A DNA stretch of 64,000 nucleotides from a virus (taxonomy: Duplodnaviria > Caudoviricetes). Under the pieces are notes generated by a model that had not been told where the DNA came from, searched no databases, and saw nothing but the letters and a program-made list of their open reading frames with translations. Each line of letters opens with the position of its first letter. Within the stretch, counting starts at the first letter, position 1. Position numbers and translations under genes: made by a program. Shown here piece after piece: positions 10,048-18,358 of the stretch. The stretch is from positions 2,209 to 66,208 of the IMG/VR virus record IMGVR_UViG_3300047457_000974. The stretch is one strand, 5' to 3'.

Positions 10048-10248
10048 ATGGATTCACCACCTGACGATCTGGCGGCTTTCCTGCTGCTGCATGCCGCCGT
10101 GAGCGCACGCGACGAGGAGATCACGCGCCAGGCGCTACGGCAAGTCGCGACCGAGATGCCCACCACAACCGGCCACAAGGTCGCATCGACGCTGCATCGC
10201 TCGATCAGCGGCGGCGGGCGGTTGTGGCTCAGCCGGCTGGTGGCTTAG
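10048..10248 (+). CDS. Hypothetical protein
   Basis: MDSPPDDLAAFLLLHAAV...; starts 2 nt after the operator. Confidence 0.55.
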   Translation: MDSPPDDLAAFLLLHAAVSARDEEITRQALRQVATEMPTTTGHKVASTLHRSISGGGRLWLSRLVA

Positions 10249-10970
10249 GCCTTGGGCTTGCGGCGGCGGGGACGCTTGGGCTTGCCGCCGCCGCCACCGG
10301 TGTCACCAGCGGCCGGCAATGCCCTGCCGCCACTGGATCCACTGACGCGCCGACGGCCGCCGCTCCTGCTCCCGCTGATTGCACCGGCCGAGCTTGGCCC
10401 CGTGATTTCGGCAATCCCTCGCAGCCTGGCAGCATCGGCCTGGGCCAGTTGCCGCAGGGTGCCGCGCAATGTTCCAGCGACGCTGCCCGATCGTCCGCTG
10501 GAGCCACTGGAACCGCCGGAGCCATTGCCCCGTGGCGCCGACCTGGCGCTCGGCGCCTTGATCGGCTGACCGGTGATCTGTTCGATGCCTCGAATGAACC
10601 TGGCGTCTTGTTGTGCCAGCTCTCGCAGTGTTTCGCGCAACGTGTCGGCAATGCGAGGCTTCTTGCCGGCGGCTGGCGTTGTATTGACCCGCACGGCGTT
10701 GCCAGTGGTCGTCATCGCTCCGCCGCGGCGTGCCGCTCGGGCGGCGCTCGCCGCGCTCTTGTAGGCAGCTTTGGCTGCCGTTGGCTGAGCCTTGCCCTGG
10801 AATTGCGCGGTCCTGGCGGCTTGCTCCCTGGCGTTGCGACGCTGCTCGGCGCGTGTTCCGACCTTGCCGCCACGCGGTCCCGATCGTCCGACCTTGGCCG
10901 GGCCTCGGCCGCCACTAGAGCCTCCTCCAGTAAAGCGACCCTTGGCATCGCGGTTGTAGGTTCTGGCCAT
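10245..10970 (-). CDS. Basic protein with MARTYNRDxxGRF leader (copy 2)
   Basis: MARTYNRDAKGRFTGGG; internal duplication ADTLRETLRELAQQDARFIRGIEQITG / AGTLRGTLRQLAQADAARLRGIAEITG. Confidence 0.8.
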   Translation of the reverse strand: MARTYNRDAKGRFTGGGSSGGRGPAKVGRSGPRGGKVGTRAEQRRNAREQAARTAQFQGKAQPTAAKAAYKSAASAARAARRGGAMTTTGNAVRVNTTPAAGKKPRIADTLRETLRELAQQDARFIRGIEQITGQPIKAPSARSAPRGNGSGGSSGSSGRSGSVAGTLRGTLRQLAQADAARLRGIAEITGPSSAGAISGSRSGGRRRVSGSSGGRALPAAGDTGGGGGKPKRPRRRKPKA

Positions 10971-10999
10971 GGCAATAGCTCTCGCTCTTTAGGTTTTCG

Positions 11000-11294
11000 C
11001 TACTTCTTGCGCTGACGCTTGGGCTTCTTCTCAGGGTTGGCATTCCGCGGACCCGGCCGAATGTTGCTCTTGGCCTTGCGACGACTCCGCCTGCCTGGTG
11101 GCATCGCGGCCAGCTGCTGGTCGTAGAGCTGCGCCGCCCTGGCAGCCGGTTTGCTGCCAGCCGCAGCCAGCCGTGCGGCGCGTCTGGCGCGACGCTTGAT
11201 CTGCTGCACGCCGAGCTTTCAGCGTCCCGGCCTTGAACTCGTGGAACACCTTTGCGACCTTGCGGTCGCCGGCTGTGGGCTTCTTCTTGGCCAT
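11000..11294 (-). other. Two overlapping out-of-frame basic ORFs (KVAKVFHEFKAGTL-type head and K/R-rich tail); possible frameshifted or deleted gene
   Basis: 11031-11294 starts MAKKKPTAGDRKVAKVFHEFKAGTLK then loses its character; 11000-11209 in another frame is a coherent basic peptide. Confidence 0.45.
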
Positions 11295-11297
11295 GGA

Positions 11298-11813
11298 TCA
11301 GCCCTTCCCGCCACCCATCCGGGTAGCGCGACGTGCAAACCGTGCGGCACTTCTAGCCGCCTTATACGCAGCCTTGGCATTGGTCGGCGCAGCTTTCGAC
11401 CGGAAACGCTGAGTGCGCTCAGCCTGAGCCTTTGCGTTACGGCGCTGCTGGGTCTTGGTGCCTGATTTGCCGCCACGTGGGCCGCGTCGCCTGTCCATGG
11501 CCGCTGCGGCAGAACGTGCTGCCGCCTTAGCCGTCACTGCGGCGGCACGACGAGCGGCCTTGCTGCCCTTGCCTGCCGCACCATCACGCTCTGCCTGCGC
11601 ATTCCGATTCTGAGCCTTGATGTATCGCTCTCGCTGCGGGTTGCGCTTGCCCTTGCCGCTGAGCATTGAGCTGCTGACCTCACGATTCATCGCCTGCTTC
11701 CTGGCTGCCACCGTGCCGCCCGATTTCCTCCCGCCGCTCCTGCCGCCGCCGGATCCACCGCCACCGCCTCCGGCAAAACGGCCGTTGGAGTCTCGTTTGT
11801 AGGTGCGAGCCAT
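11298..11813 (-). CDS. Basic protein with MARTYKRDxxGRF leader (copy 3)
   Basis: Likely start ATG 11813: [24 protein letters not shown]; reverse octamer at 11838-11845. Confidence 0.8.
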   Translation of the reverse strand: MARTYKRDSNGRFAGGGGGGSGGGRSGGRKSGGTVAARKQAMNREVSSSMLSGKGKRNPQRERYIKAQNRNAQAERDGAAGKGSKAARRAAAVTAKAAARSAAAAMDRRRGPRGGKSGTKTQQRRNAKAQAERTQRFRSKAAPTNAKAAYKAARSAARFARRATRMGGGKG

Positions 11814-11837
11814 GATCAAGGCAGGGGAAGCTAGCCC

Positions 11838-11853
11838 AGCTTTCCGGCAACCT
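11838..11853. promoter_or_regulatory. Back-to-back divergent late-promoter octamers
   Basis: AGCTTTCC|GGCAACCT between starts at 11813(-) and 11874(+). Confidence 0.7.
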
Positions 11854-11873
11854 ATGCCAGATTCCCTGCCACC

Positions 11874-12383
11874 ATGCCGGCGCCAATTCCGACGCTCAAC
11901 CCACTGTGGCGGCCCAATGGCAGCAGCGCCCGCGACGATCGCGAGCTGATCAGGGGCTATGCCATGTGGCCGGTCTCGGCCTACAACCTGACGCAACTGA
12001 CAACGGTGCTCAACCGCGTTGCCGATACCTCCGCAGCAACCGTCAAGCAGGTGCAGGCCTGGATTGATGAGATCGAGAACCTGGAGCAGGACTGGTCGGA
12101 CAAGGTGGCTGATGGCACCGCTCATCTCGGCAACGTGCAGCGCTACCGCGGCCCGGCGCCTAGTACCACGCTGACCCGTGATGATCTGCGCAAACGCGCA
12201 GACGTGCTGGAGTGGGATACAAGCCTGCTGCAGGTGGAGTACGAAAGCGGCGGCAGGCCTGATGCCACCGCTGGCGGCACGATCTCGAACCGGATTGCGC
12301 AGCTCAAAAGCCGGATCCTGGAGACGATTGGCATCAAGGCCAGCGATCGCTCCGGCGGGCAGGCAACACTGGTGCGCAGCTGA
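11874..12383 (+). CDS. Putative head-completion/structural protein
   Basis: First of three coupled ORFs ahead of the tail chaperone genes; assigned by position only. Confidence 0.5.
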   Translation: MPAPIPTLNPLWRPNGSSARDDRELIRGYAMWPVSAYNLTQLTTVLNRVADTSAATVKQVQAWIDEIENLEQDWSDKVADGTAHLGNVQRYRGPAPSTTLTRDDLRKRADVLEWDTSLLQVEYESGGRPDATAGGTISNRIAQLKSRILETIGIKASDRSGGQATLVRS

Positions 12384-12853
12384 TGGCCACCGACTTCGCC
12401 GCCTACGCCAACCTGCGGTTCCTGTGGCCGCAGCCGGCAGCGATCACCACCCTGCGCAACGGCATGCCATCACCTGCTGCCCTGGTGGCCATCGAGGTGT
12501 TTGCCAAGGGTGAAACCGGTTCACCCGAGCAGATTCCATCGCTGCACATCGGCACTCGCACGATGGAGGGCTACATCACCCGATGGGCGCCGCTGCCATC
12601 CGGCGCCAGCTGGCTGGCAAGCGGTAACAGCTGGAGCTGGACCGATACTGGACTGATGCCTCCAGGCCTGGCGGCAGAAGCCCGCGGCAAGGCGTACCTG
12701 GGACCGCTGGAGTCGCTGCCCACCCTCGGCGGACTGGTGGGTGAGGTGACGATCATGCAGTTGGGTGGCACGTTCGGGATCGGTGGTATCGGCGCTGAGC
12801 TGCGCACCGCGCTGGGCGATGCGATCCGCCTGCAGTTCGCCACAGTGCAATGA
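12383..12853 (+). CDS. Putative head-closure/structural protein
   Basis: TGATG coupling, beta-rich; assigned by position. Confidence 0.5.
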   Translation: MATDFAAYANLRFLWPQPAAITTLRNGMPSPAALVAIEVFAKGETGSPEQIPSLHIGTRTMEGYITRWAPLPSGASWLASGNSWSWTDTGLMPPGLAAEARGKAYLGPLESLPTLGGLVGEVTIMQLGGTFGIGGIGAELRTALGDAIRLQFATVQ

Positions 12854-13323
12854 GCATTCGCGTCAGGGTCGCCAGCGATGGGATCACCGCCAGGGCTGAA
12901 ACGGCAGCGCAGCGTGCTACGCAGGCGGTGATGCGGGAATTGTTCGCGGCGTTCCAGCAGAGCTTCACTGCGCAAGCATGGGACTGGCCGCAGGCCACGG
13001 TCAGGCGCAAGGCCACCAAGCGACGCAAGGCGGTGATCGCTGAGTCACCGCGGAACCTGATCGATGTTGGCAATCTCCGCCAGTCCGGTTTCTGGCAGAT
13101 GACCGGCTCATACTCAGCCCGGTTTACATGGTCAGCCGACTACGCCACTGCCGTGCATGAGGGTTACCGGCGATTTCGTGCGGATGGCAGCTTCTCCACC
13201 TGGCCGGCTCGCCCCTGGACGCATGCCGTACTGGGTCGGGTGACGGTGCCGGGGATTCAGCCGTTCCCGATGCAGCAGCGGCTGAAGGATGTATGGCTGG
13301 CGACGTTTCGGGCGGGGCGTTGA
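12850..13323 (+). CDS. Putative neck/tail-completion protein (HK97 gp10-like)
   Basis: PRNLIDVGNLRQS...WSADYATAVHEG...PARPW pattern. Confidence 0.65.
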   Translation: MSIRVRVASDGITARAETAAQRATQAVMRELFAAFQQSFTAQAWDWPQATVRRKATKRRKAVIAESPRNLIDVGNLRQSGFWQMTGSYSARFTWSADYATAVHEGYRRFRADGSFSTWPARPWTHAVLGRVTVPGIQPFPMQQRLKDVWLATFRAGR

Positions 13324-13359
13324 CGGGCGGCAACCTATCCCACCCACCCACAGGCAGTC

Positions 13360-14082
13360 ATGCCAGAGCTTCCGTTTCAGGTTGCGCCGAAGCGACGCAC
13401 CGAGATGATTTCGGTAACTATTGATGATGACACCTATAGTCTTGAGTTTCCTGTTTACCGCAGCCTTCGCGCTGGCGAAGAAATCCAGATTCGCGATGCA
13501 GATTATCAGGCCGCTGTCTATCGCGAATGCTCGCGATTTGCTGATGCGCTTGTCAATGAGGGCATTGAGGAGTTATACGCTCAGCGACTTGCTATCCGCT
13601 GCTTGAGCACCAGGCTGGGTATCCCCATCTCGCTGACTGCGGAGGAGCATCGCGCATTGTTGCGCCATGCCGCCATGGTGGCCGACATTCAGTCGGTTCT
13701 GGCTGCCGAATACGCACGGCAGGTGCGACGCACCGTTACCGCGCTGATTGCCCATCGCCTGCCCGGGTGCAAGGGCTGGACTGAGGATGACACTGATCGC
13801 GCCGTACCTGGTCCGCTGCGGGACGCGATTGCTGCATTCGCTGATCGTGAGCGCAATGCCAATCAGCCGCAACGCACGCCGGAAGAAATGATCGAATCCA
13901 TGGCTGAAACGCTGGGAAAGCTCGGGCCGGAACCATGCCGAAACCCACCGACTGGACAGCTATCTACTGGCGCTGCCGAGAGCTCTGGCCAGCTGCTCCT
14001 GAGTTCGGACCCGATCGATTCGCATCCCTCCCCGTCAACTACATCCTCGCTGCCATTGAAGCCGGCACCCGCCGAGAGTTGA
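13360..14082 (+). CDS. Tail assembly chaperone (gpG-like)
   Basis: Contains in-frame G GGA AAG slippery heptamer at 13914-13920. Confidence 0.65.
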   Translation: MPELPFQVAPKRRTEMISVTIDDDTYSLEFPVYRSLRAGEEIQIRDADYQAAVYRECSRFADALVNEGIEELYAQRLAIRCLSTRLGIPISLTAEEHRALLRHAAMVADIQSVLAAEYARQVRRTVTALIAHRLPGCKGWTEDDTDRAVPGPLRDAIAAFADRERNANQPQRTPEEMIESMAETLGKLGPEPCRNPPTGQLSTGAAESSGQLLLSSDPIDSHPSPSTTSSLPLKPAPAES

Positions 14083-14579
14083 CACTGCTGCAGGATGCAG
14101 AGCGGCCGATCGCCTACCTCCATCAGCGGCTGATCGCGGTCAACTCCACCGCCGATGGCCCGCCGGTGCCGTCACTCGATGACCTGTGCCTCTACCGCAT
14201 CCGTGAACCAGGCGACGCACCACCGGCTGAAGCTGGCGCGGCGATGCTGGCGCTGATCCGTGCGCAGCAGTTCCCCGGCTGGGCGCTGACGTTCTATGAG
14301 GCGCTGGAAGCCGTCGGCCGCGATCAACCGCCACCGCCAACCCTGGCCCTGGTGGCAGAGGATGCAATCCTGCTGGCGCCGCGGTTCACGCCGGGCGGCT
14401 GGCAGGGATTCCTGATCGCGGAGGGTCCGGCGGCAGGTCAGCCGCGGGCGTTCTATCCGCCGAATCAACCGGAGGCGATGACGTGGCTCGCAGTGCCAGC
14501 CGCTCCTGAGCCAGGCGCAGTGTGGGCGGCGGCATCTGCATCTCTGCCCACTCTGCCGCCTCCCGGTAGCAGCGATTGA
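13914..14579 (+). CDS. -1 frame extension (gpT-like) of the tail chaperone, or a separate ORF from ATG 13935
   Basis: The -1 frame from 13914 reads GGG AAA GCT CGG GCC GGA ACC ATG CCG..., continuous with ORF 13935-14579. Confidence 0.65.
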   Translation, partial: GKARAGTMPKPTDWTAIYWRCRELWPAAPEFGPDRFASLPVNYILAAIEAGTRRELTLLQDAERPIAYLHQRLIAVNSTADGPPVPSLDDLCLYRIREPGDAPPAEAGAAMLALIRAQQFPGWALTFYEALEAVGRDQPPPPTLALVAEDAILLAPRFTPGGWQGFLIAEGPAAGQPRAFYPPNQPEAMTWLAVPAAPEPGAVWAAASASLPTLPPPGSSD

Positions 14580-14718
14580 CCGCCAGCTCGGCTGCCAGCA
14601 CCGAACGGTAATAGCCCAGGCTCCAACGCCGGCCGCCCCACCACACACGGGCCTGGAACGGCCGGCTGGGGTTGGCCTGCGGCACGTAGGACACACCGCG
14701 GGGATAGGCGCCGCTCAC
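14386..14718 (-). CDS. AP2-like DNA-binding domain protein
   Basis: YPRGVSY...RPFQARVWWGGRRWSLGYYRSVLAAELA matches the AP2 pattern. Confidence 0.65.
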   Translation of the reverse strand: MSGAYPRGVSYVPQANPSRPFQARVWWGGRRWSLGYYRSVLAAELAVNRCYREAAEWAEMQMPPPTLRLAQERLALRATSSPPVDSADRTPAADLPPDPPRSGIPASRPA

Positions 14719-14821
14719 GGCTTGCGACAGGTAGCTGCCGTCAGTATTCCGGCCCTGTTGTCAAGCCATGGGGCCGGCTTGTGAGATCGGGACTTCTGAC
14801 GGGAGTCCACAGGATCCCGTC

Positions 14822-15652
14822 ATGCCGCAGGTCTACTCTCAGGCGTATGGCTACAACTTCTACATTCAGCTGATCAAAAAAGAAGAGCTGGATTTCGCTG
14901 ATCTGAACCTTGGTGGAATTGGTGTCGGCAAGTTCCTGGACATCAGCACCCTGGCCAGCAACGCATCCTCTGTCGTGAAGGTCGGCACCGTTGCCACGCT
15001 TGGCATCGGTGTCGGCACCAACAAGGCCACCACCAAGGCGGCACTGTCAAGCAACGTCGTTACATTGACGTTTGCTGCTGCCCATAGCTTCACCGTGGGG
15101 CAGACGATCGCCGTATCCGGCTTCACCGGTGCGCTTGCCGGCATCAATGGCAAGGCCACGGTCGCCAGCGTGACAACATCCAGTCCGTTCACGCTGACCT
15201 ATGCGCTCACTGCCGCCAACATCGCTGAGGCATCGGTGGTGGGTTCCGTCCTGCCGGCCCTGAAGCTGGACGGCACCGATGCACCGATCCGCCTGCTGGG
15301 GTTGACCAATGCCGCTCCGCAGGAGGGTGAGGGCGAGGAAACGGTGATCACCTACGACGACGAGGCCAAGTCGTTTGATACCAGCATCGCCACCAGCAAG
15401 TCTTTCAGCTGGACGATCGAGGGTGTGACCGATCACAGTGACGCGGCCTACAAGCTGCTGCGCCTGGCCTCCAAGGAATCGGTGCGGGAAGGCCTGATGG
15501 TGAAGTACGCCAGGATCGGTCCGGTCGGCAAAACCGAGACCACGTTCGGCTTCGGTCGTATCACCGGCTTCAATGAGACGCCACCTGCTGGCGGCATCGT
15601 GAAGTGGTCGAGCGGCATCAAGGCCTATGGGCCGTATGAGCTGGAGTTCTGA
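14822..15652 (+). CDS. Major tail tube protein with an inserted beta-rich domain
   Basis: MPQVYSQAYGY...; C-terminal ETVITYDD...TSKSFSWTIEG...FNETPPAGGIVKWS tube-like region; internal VVTLTFAAAHSFTVGQTIAVSG module. Confidence 0.75.
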   Translation: MPQVYSQAYGYNFYIQLIKKEELDFADLNLGGIGVGKFLDISTLASNASSVVKVGTVATLGIGVGTNKATTKAALSSNVVTLTFAAAHSFTVGQTIAVSGFTGALAGINGKATVASVTTSSPFTLTYALTAANIAEASVVGSVLPALKLDGTDAPIRLLGLTNAAPQEGEGEETVITYDDEAKSFDTSIATSKSFSWTIEGVTDHSDAAYKLLRLASKESVREGLMVKYARIGPVGKTETTFGFGRITGFNETPPAGGIVKWSSGIKAYGPYELEF

Positions 15653-15655
15653 TCC

Positions 15656-15874
15656 CTAGGGCTCTGCATTGGCCCCTGCCGGTTCGCCGGTGGGGGCCTT
15701 TTGCCGCGGCAGCGTGGCGCGTGCCTGCGCCATGGCGTAAGCGCGTTGGGCGATGCCCCAGTCCAGGATGGTATGCGCGATGCGACGCAGTGCCTCCACG
15801 TCACCGGGGCCTGCCTGTTCAATCAGCCGTCTCCATTTCTCATGGCTCAGTTGTTCATGCAATGGCAATGGCAT
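15656..15874 (-). CDS. NblA-like small helical protein
   Basis: MPLPLHEQLSHEKWRRLIEQ...DVEALRRIAHTILDWGIAQRAY recalls the LxLxxQ/two-helix pattern of picocyanobacterial and cyanophage NblA-like proteins; own octamer at 15895-15902. Confidence 0.5.
   Translation of the reverse strand: MPLPLHEQLSHEKWRRLIEQAGPGDVEALRRIAHTILDWGIAQRAYAMAQARATLPRQKAPTGEPAGANAEP
15671..15702 (+). terminator. Intrinsic terminator after the tail tube gene
   Basis: GGCCCCTGCCGG-TTCG-CCGGTGGGGGCC-TTTT. Confidence 0.7.
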
Positions 15875-15894
15875 GGCGGTGCGGCGGTTGGGTG

Positions 15895-15910
15895 AGGTTG
15901 CCGGAAACCT
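15895..15910. promoter_or_regulatory. Back-to-back divergent late-promoter octamers
   Basis: AGGTTGCC|GGAAACCT between starts at 15874(-) and 15934(+). Confidence 0.7.
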
Positions 15911-15933
15911 AGAGGCAATGAGCATCAGCGGCC

Positions 15934-16911
15934 ATGGCCCGGACCTACAAGCGAGACAGTCGTGGGCGGTTCACCTCTGGTGGCGGAGGTGGCGGAGGTG
16001 GCGGATCTGGTCGCAGCCGTAAGACACCAAAAACCAGTATCGATGGACGACGCGGGCCTCGTGGTGGCAAATCAGGTACCAGGGCGGAGCAAGCACGAGC
16101 GAAACGTGAGCAGCAGGCCAGAAGCCAGCAATTCAGAAGCAAGGCTACGCCAACAACAGCAAAGCTGGCTTACAAGAAAACACAAGGCGAAGCACGCAAA
16201 GCAGCCAAGGCTGCCACGAGCAGGGCAAGCCAGCGTCGCTCAAATCCAGCGGCAAAACGTGCTCGGGACATGGCAAACAGGACTGGTACGGCCAAAGGCA
16301 GGTTTTACGAGGATGGGCAGACTCGGACAACAATGAGTTTGGCTCAACTGCGATCTGCCGTTCGTGGTTACGCCAGATCACAAGGAGTTAATAACAGGCA
16401 AGACTTCTTAGAGCAGGTATCGCTAGCCGCTAACTTGACGCGAACAGGCGCCAGGGGCATGGCTGAAGGACGAATGCCAAAAACTCGCGGTGAGTGGGAG
16501 CAAATCTATAAAACTTTGGTTCGCGTTCCTGATTACACCAGAGGGCAAAAGCAACGTCGTGGAATGGTCAACGGTATTGACATTCACAGAGATTTCAGGC
16601 CATGGGCTGTATTCGGCCTGAATCCCAAAACAGCAACCGCACAGGATGTCAGAAACAGGTTCCGCAAGCTAGCGATCAAGGTTCATCCTGACACTGGCGG
16701 CAGCGCCAGGGATTTCGAGCGGCTGAAGCAGATGCGCGATTCGATGTTGGCATTCAGGCCAGCATCAAAGACAGCCGGCAGCAGCAGGCGCCGCAGCAAA
16801 CAGGCTGCATCGGCATCACCTGCTGCAACCGGGCCGATCAATAGCCAGCGATTGTTGCCGCCATCACGCACCACTAAGCCGCCGCGCAGACGTCGCAAGC
16901 CGGCAAGCTGA
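15934..16911 (+). CDS. MARTYKRDxxGRF-leader protein with C-terminal DnaJ J-domain (copy 4)
   Basis: Leader plus PWAVFGLNPKTATAQDVRNRFRKLAIKVHPDTGGSARDFERLKQMRD with an intact HPD. Confidence 0.85.
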   Translation: MARTYKRDSRGRFTSGGGGGGGGGSGRSRKTPKTSIDGRRGPRGGKSGTRAEQARAKREQQARSQQFRSKATPTTAKLAYKKTQGEARKAAKAATSRASQRRSNPAAKRARDMANRTGTAKGRFYEDGQTRTTMSLAQLRSAVRGYARSQGVNNRQDFLEQVSLAANLTRTGARGMAEGRMPKTRGEWEQIYKTLVRVPDYTRGQKQRRGMVNGIDIHRDFRPWAVFGLNPKTATAQDVRNRFRKLAIKVHPDTGGSARDFERLKQMRDSMLAFRPASKTAGSSRRRSKQAASASPAATGPINSQRLLPPSRTTKPPRRRRKPAS

Positions 16912-16931
16912 GTTACTGAGCATCAGCAGCC

Positions 16932-17903
16932 GTGGCCCGAACCTACAAGCGAGACAGCCGCGGACGGTTCGCGGGCGGGGGAGGATCCAGCGGCGGCGGC
17001 AAGAAGGCATCAGGCGGGAAGCGGAGCGGTCCGAAGACCACCAGCGCCAGGGGAAGGGCACTGGCCAATCAGCGACGGGCAGCGGTGCAGGTTCGAGCGA
17101 ACCGCGGCGGCACGGGGCCGAGTGCGAGAGCTGTTCGATCGATGCTCACGGCTCAGCGAGCACGGGCGTTCTATGAATCGACCGGGACCGGCACGAAGCG
17201 ATCGGCCATGCGGGCGGTAAGCAGCACGGCAAAGGCCAAGGCCGCACGGGCAGAGACGCGGGCGAAGCGGCAGGCAGTGAGGGAGAATGCGGCGAAGCGA
17301 CCGAAGGCGCAGGCAGTGGCAAAAACGACATCACGGCGGTTGAGCGGTATGGGCCGAGCGCCTGCGACGAGGCTGCCAGCCGCAAACTCTGACGCATACA
17401 AATACAACAAGTCCGGCTTCATTGCCACCCCACAGGAAAGAGCACGGATGCGCGGCAGGGATCGCGCTCGTGAAAAGAACGCTGCTCTCGCGCAGCAACA
17501 AGCAGCAGGAGAACTTAGGGCGGAACGTCGAGCTGCAAGAAAGATGACATCAGATCGCACAGAGATTATGAGCGTGCTTCGCCACTCGCCAACGTTCAAC
17601 GCGGCCGAAAGATTTATGCAGCGTTTTGCTAAGCGAGTTGACGAAAACTTTAGACAGGGCGTTCAGCTTGAACGCCAAAAGTCGGCATTGACGGCCAAGG
17701 CGATCAAGATGCAGCAAAAAGCAGCAGAGCGAAAAGCTCAGGGCAAAAAGATTACTCAGACCATGGAATCAAACTTTCAGCAGCTCAGGCAGCAGATTGC
17801 CAAAATTGACAGAAGTTTGACAACGCGACGTAGGGCGATGGATGTTTTCCGCAGCCAGTCTCGGCGCGTGACGATCAACACCAGAGAGCGCAGCAGGTAC
17901 TGA
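16932..17903 (+). CDS. Basic protein with MARTYKRDxxGRF leader and coiled-coil tail (copy 5)
   Basis: GTG start; shares the TSARGRAL.NQRRAA...LTAQRARAFY module with copy 1; octamer at 16902-16909. Confidence 0.8.
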   Translation: MARTYKRDSRGRFAGGGGSSGGGKKASGGKRSGPKTTSARGRALANQRRAAVQVRANRGGTGPSARAVRSMLTAQRARAFYESTGTGTKRSAMRAVSSTAKAKAARAETRAKRQAVRENAAKRPKAQAVAKTTSRRLSGMGRAPATRLPAANSDAYKYNKSGFIATPQERARMRGRDRAREKNAALAQQQAAGELRAERRAARKMTSDRTEIMSVLRHSPTFNAAERFMQRFAKRVDENFRQGVQLERQKSALTAKAIKMQQKAAERKAQGKKITQTMESNFQQLRQQIAKIDRSLTTRRRAMDVFRSQSRRVTINTRERSRY

Positions 17904-17926
17904 TGCCCTAACCGGCAACCTACAGC

Positions 17927-18355
17927 ATGCCCCTCCCCGCCACCGCTCAAGCTCTTCACGACCTGCTGGCGGCTGATCCGATCATCAGCGCTGGCCTCGG
18001 CACCTACACGTTCGCCAACGGCTCGCAGATCCCGGCGATCGCCGTGCTGTTCGGCAATGAGCACCTGCCGCCTGGTACCACGGTCAACGGCGTGGAGGTA
18101 ACGATCACAGCCCTGCCCGGTTACGGCTCACAGCCGCTGCTGACGTTCGAGACGCTGCTGAATCCAACCTGGCGGATCTACATCGCCGGTTGGCAGTCGG
18201 CCGCCACCCTGCAGGCCATTGCGCAGCGGGTGATCGCCATCCTGCCTGGCGCTACCGCATCGGCGCCAACACCAGATCCACCCGGTGAAGGCATGGGGGT
18301 AATCGATCAGATCGTGGTGGCGTGGACCAATCCTGTTGCATCTGTGGAGGCTTGA
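17927..18355 (+). CDS. Putative tail terminator protein
   Basis: 142 aa immediately before the tape measure gene; ALHDLLAADPII start. Confidence 0.55.
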   Translation: MPLPATAQALHDLLAADPIISAGLGTYTFANGSQIPAIAVLFGNEHLPPGTTVNGVEVTITALPGYGSQPLLTFETLLNPTWRIYIAGWQSAATLQAIAQRVIAILPGATASAPTPDPPGEGMGVIDQIVVAWTNPVASVEA

Positions 18356-18358
18356 TCA

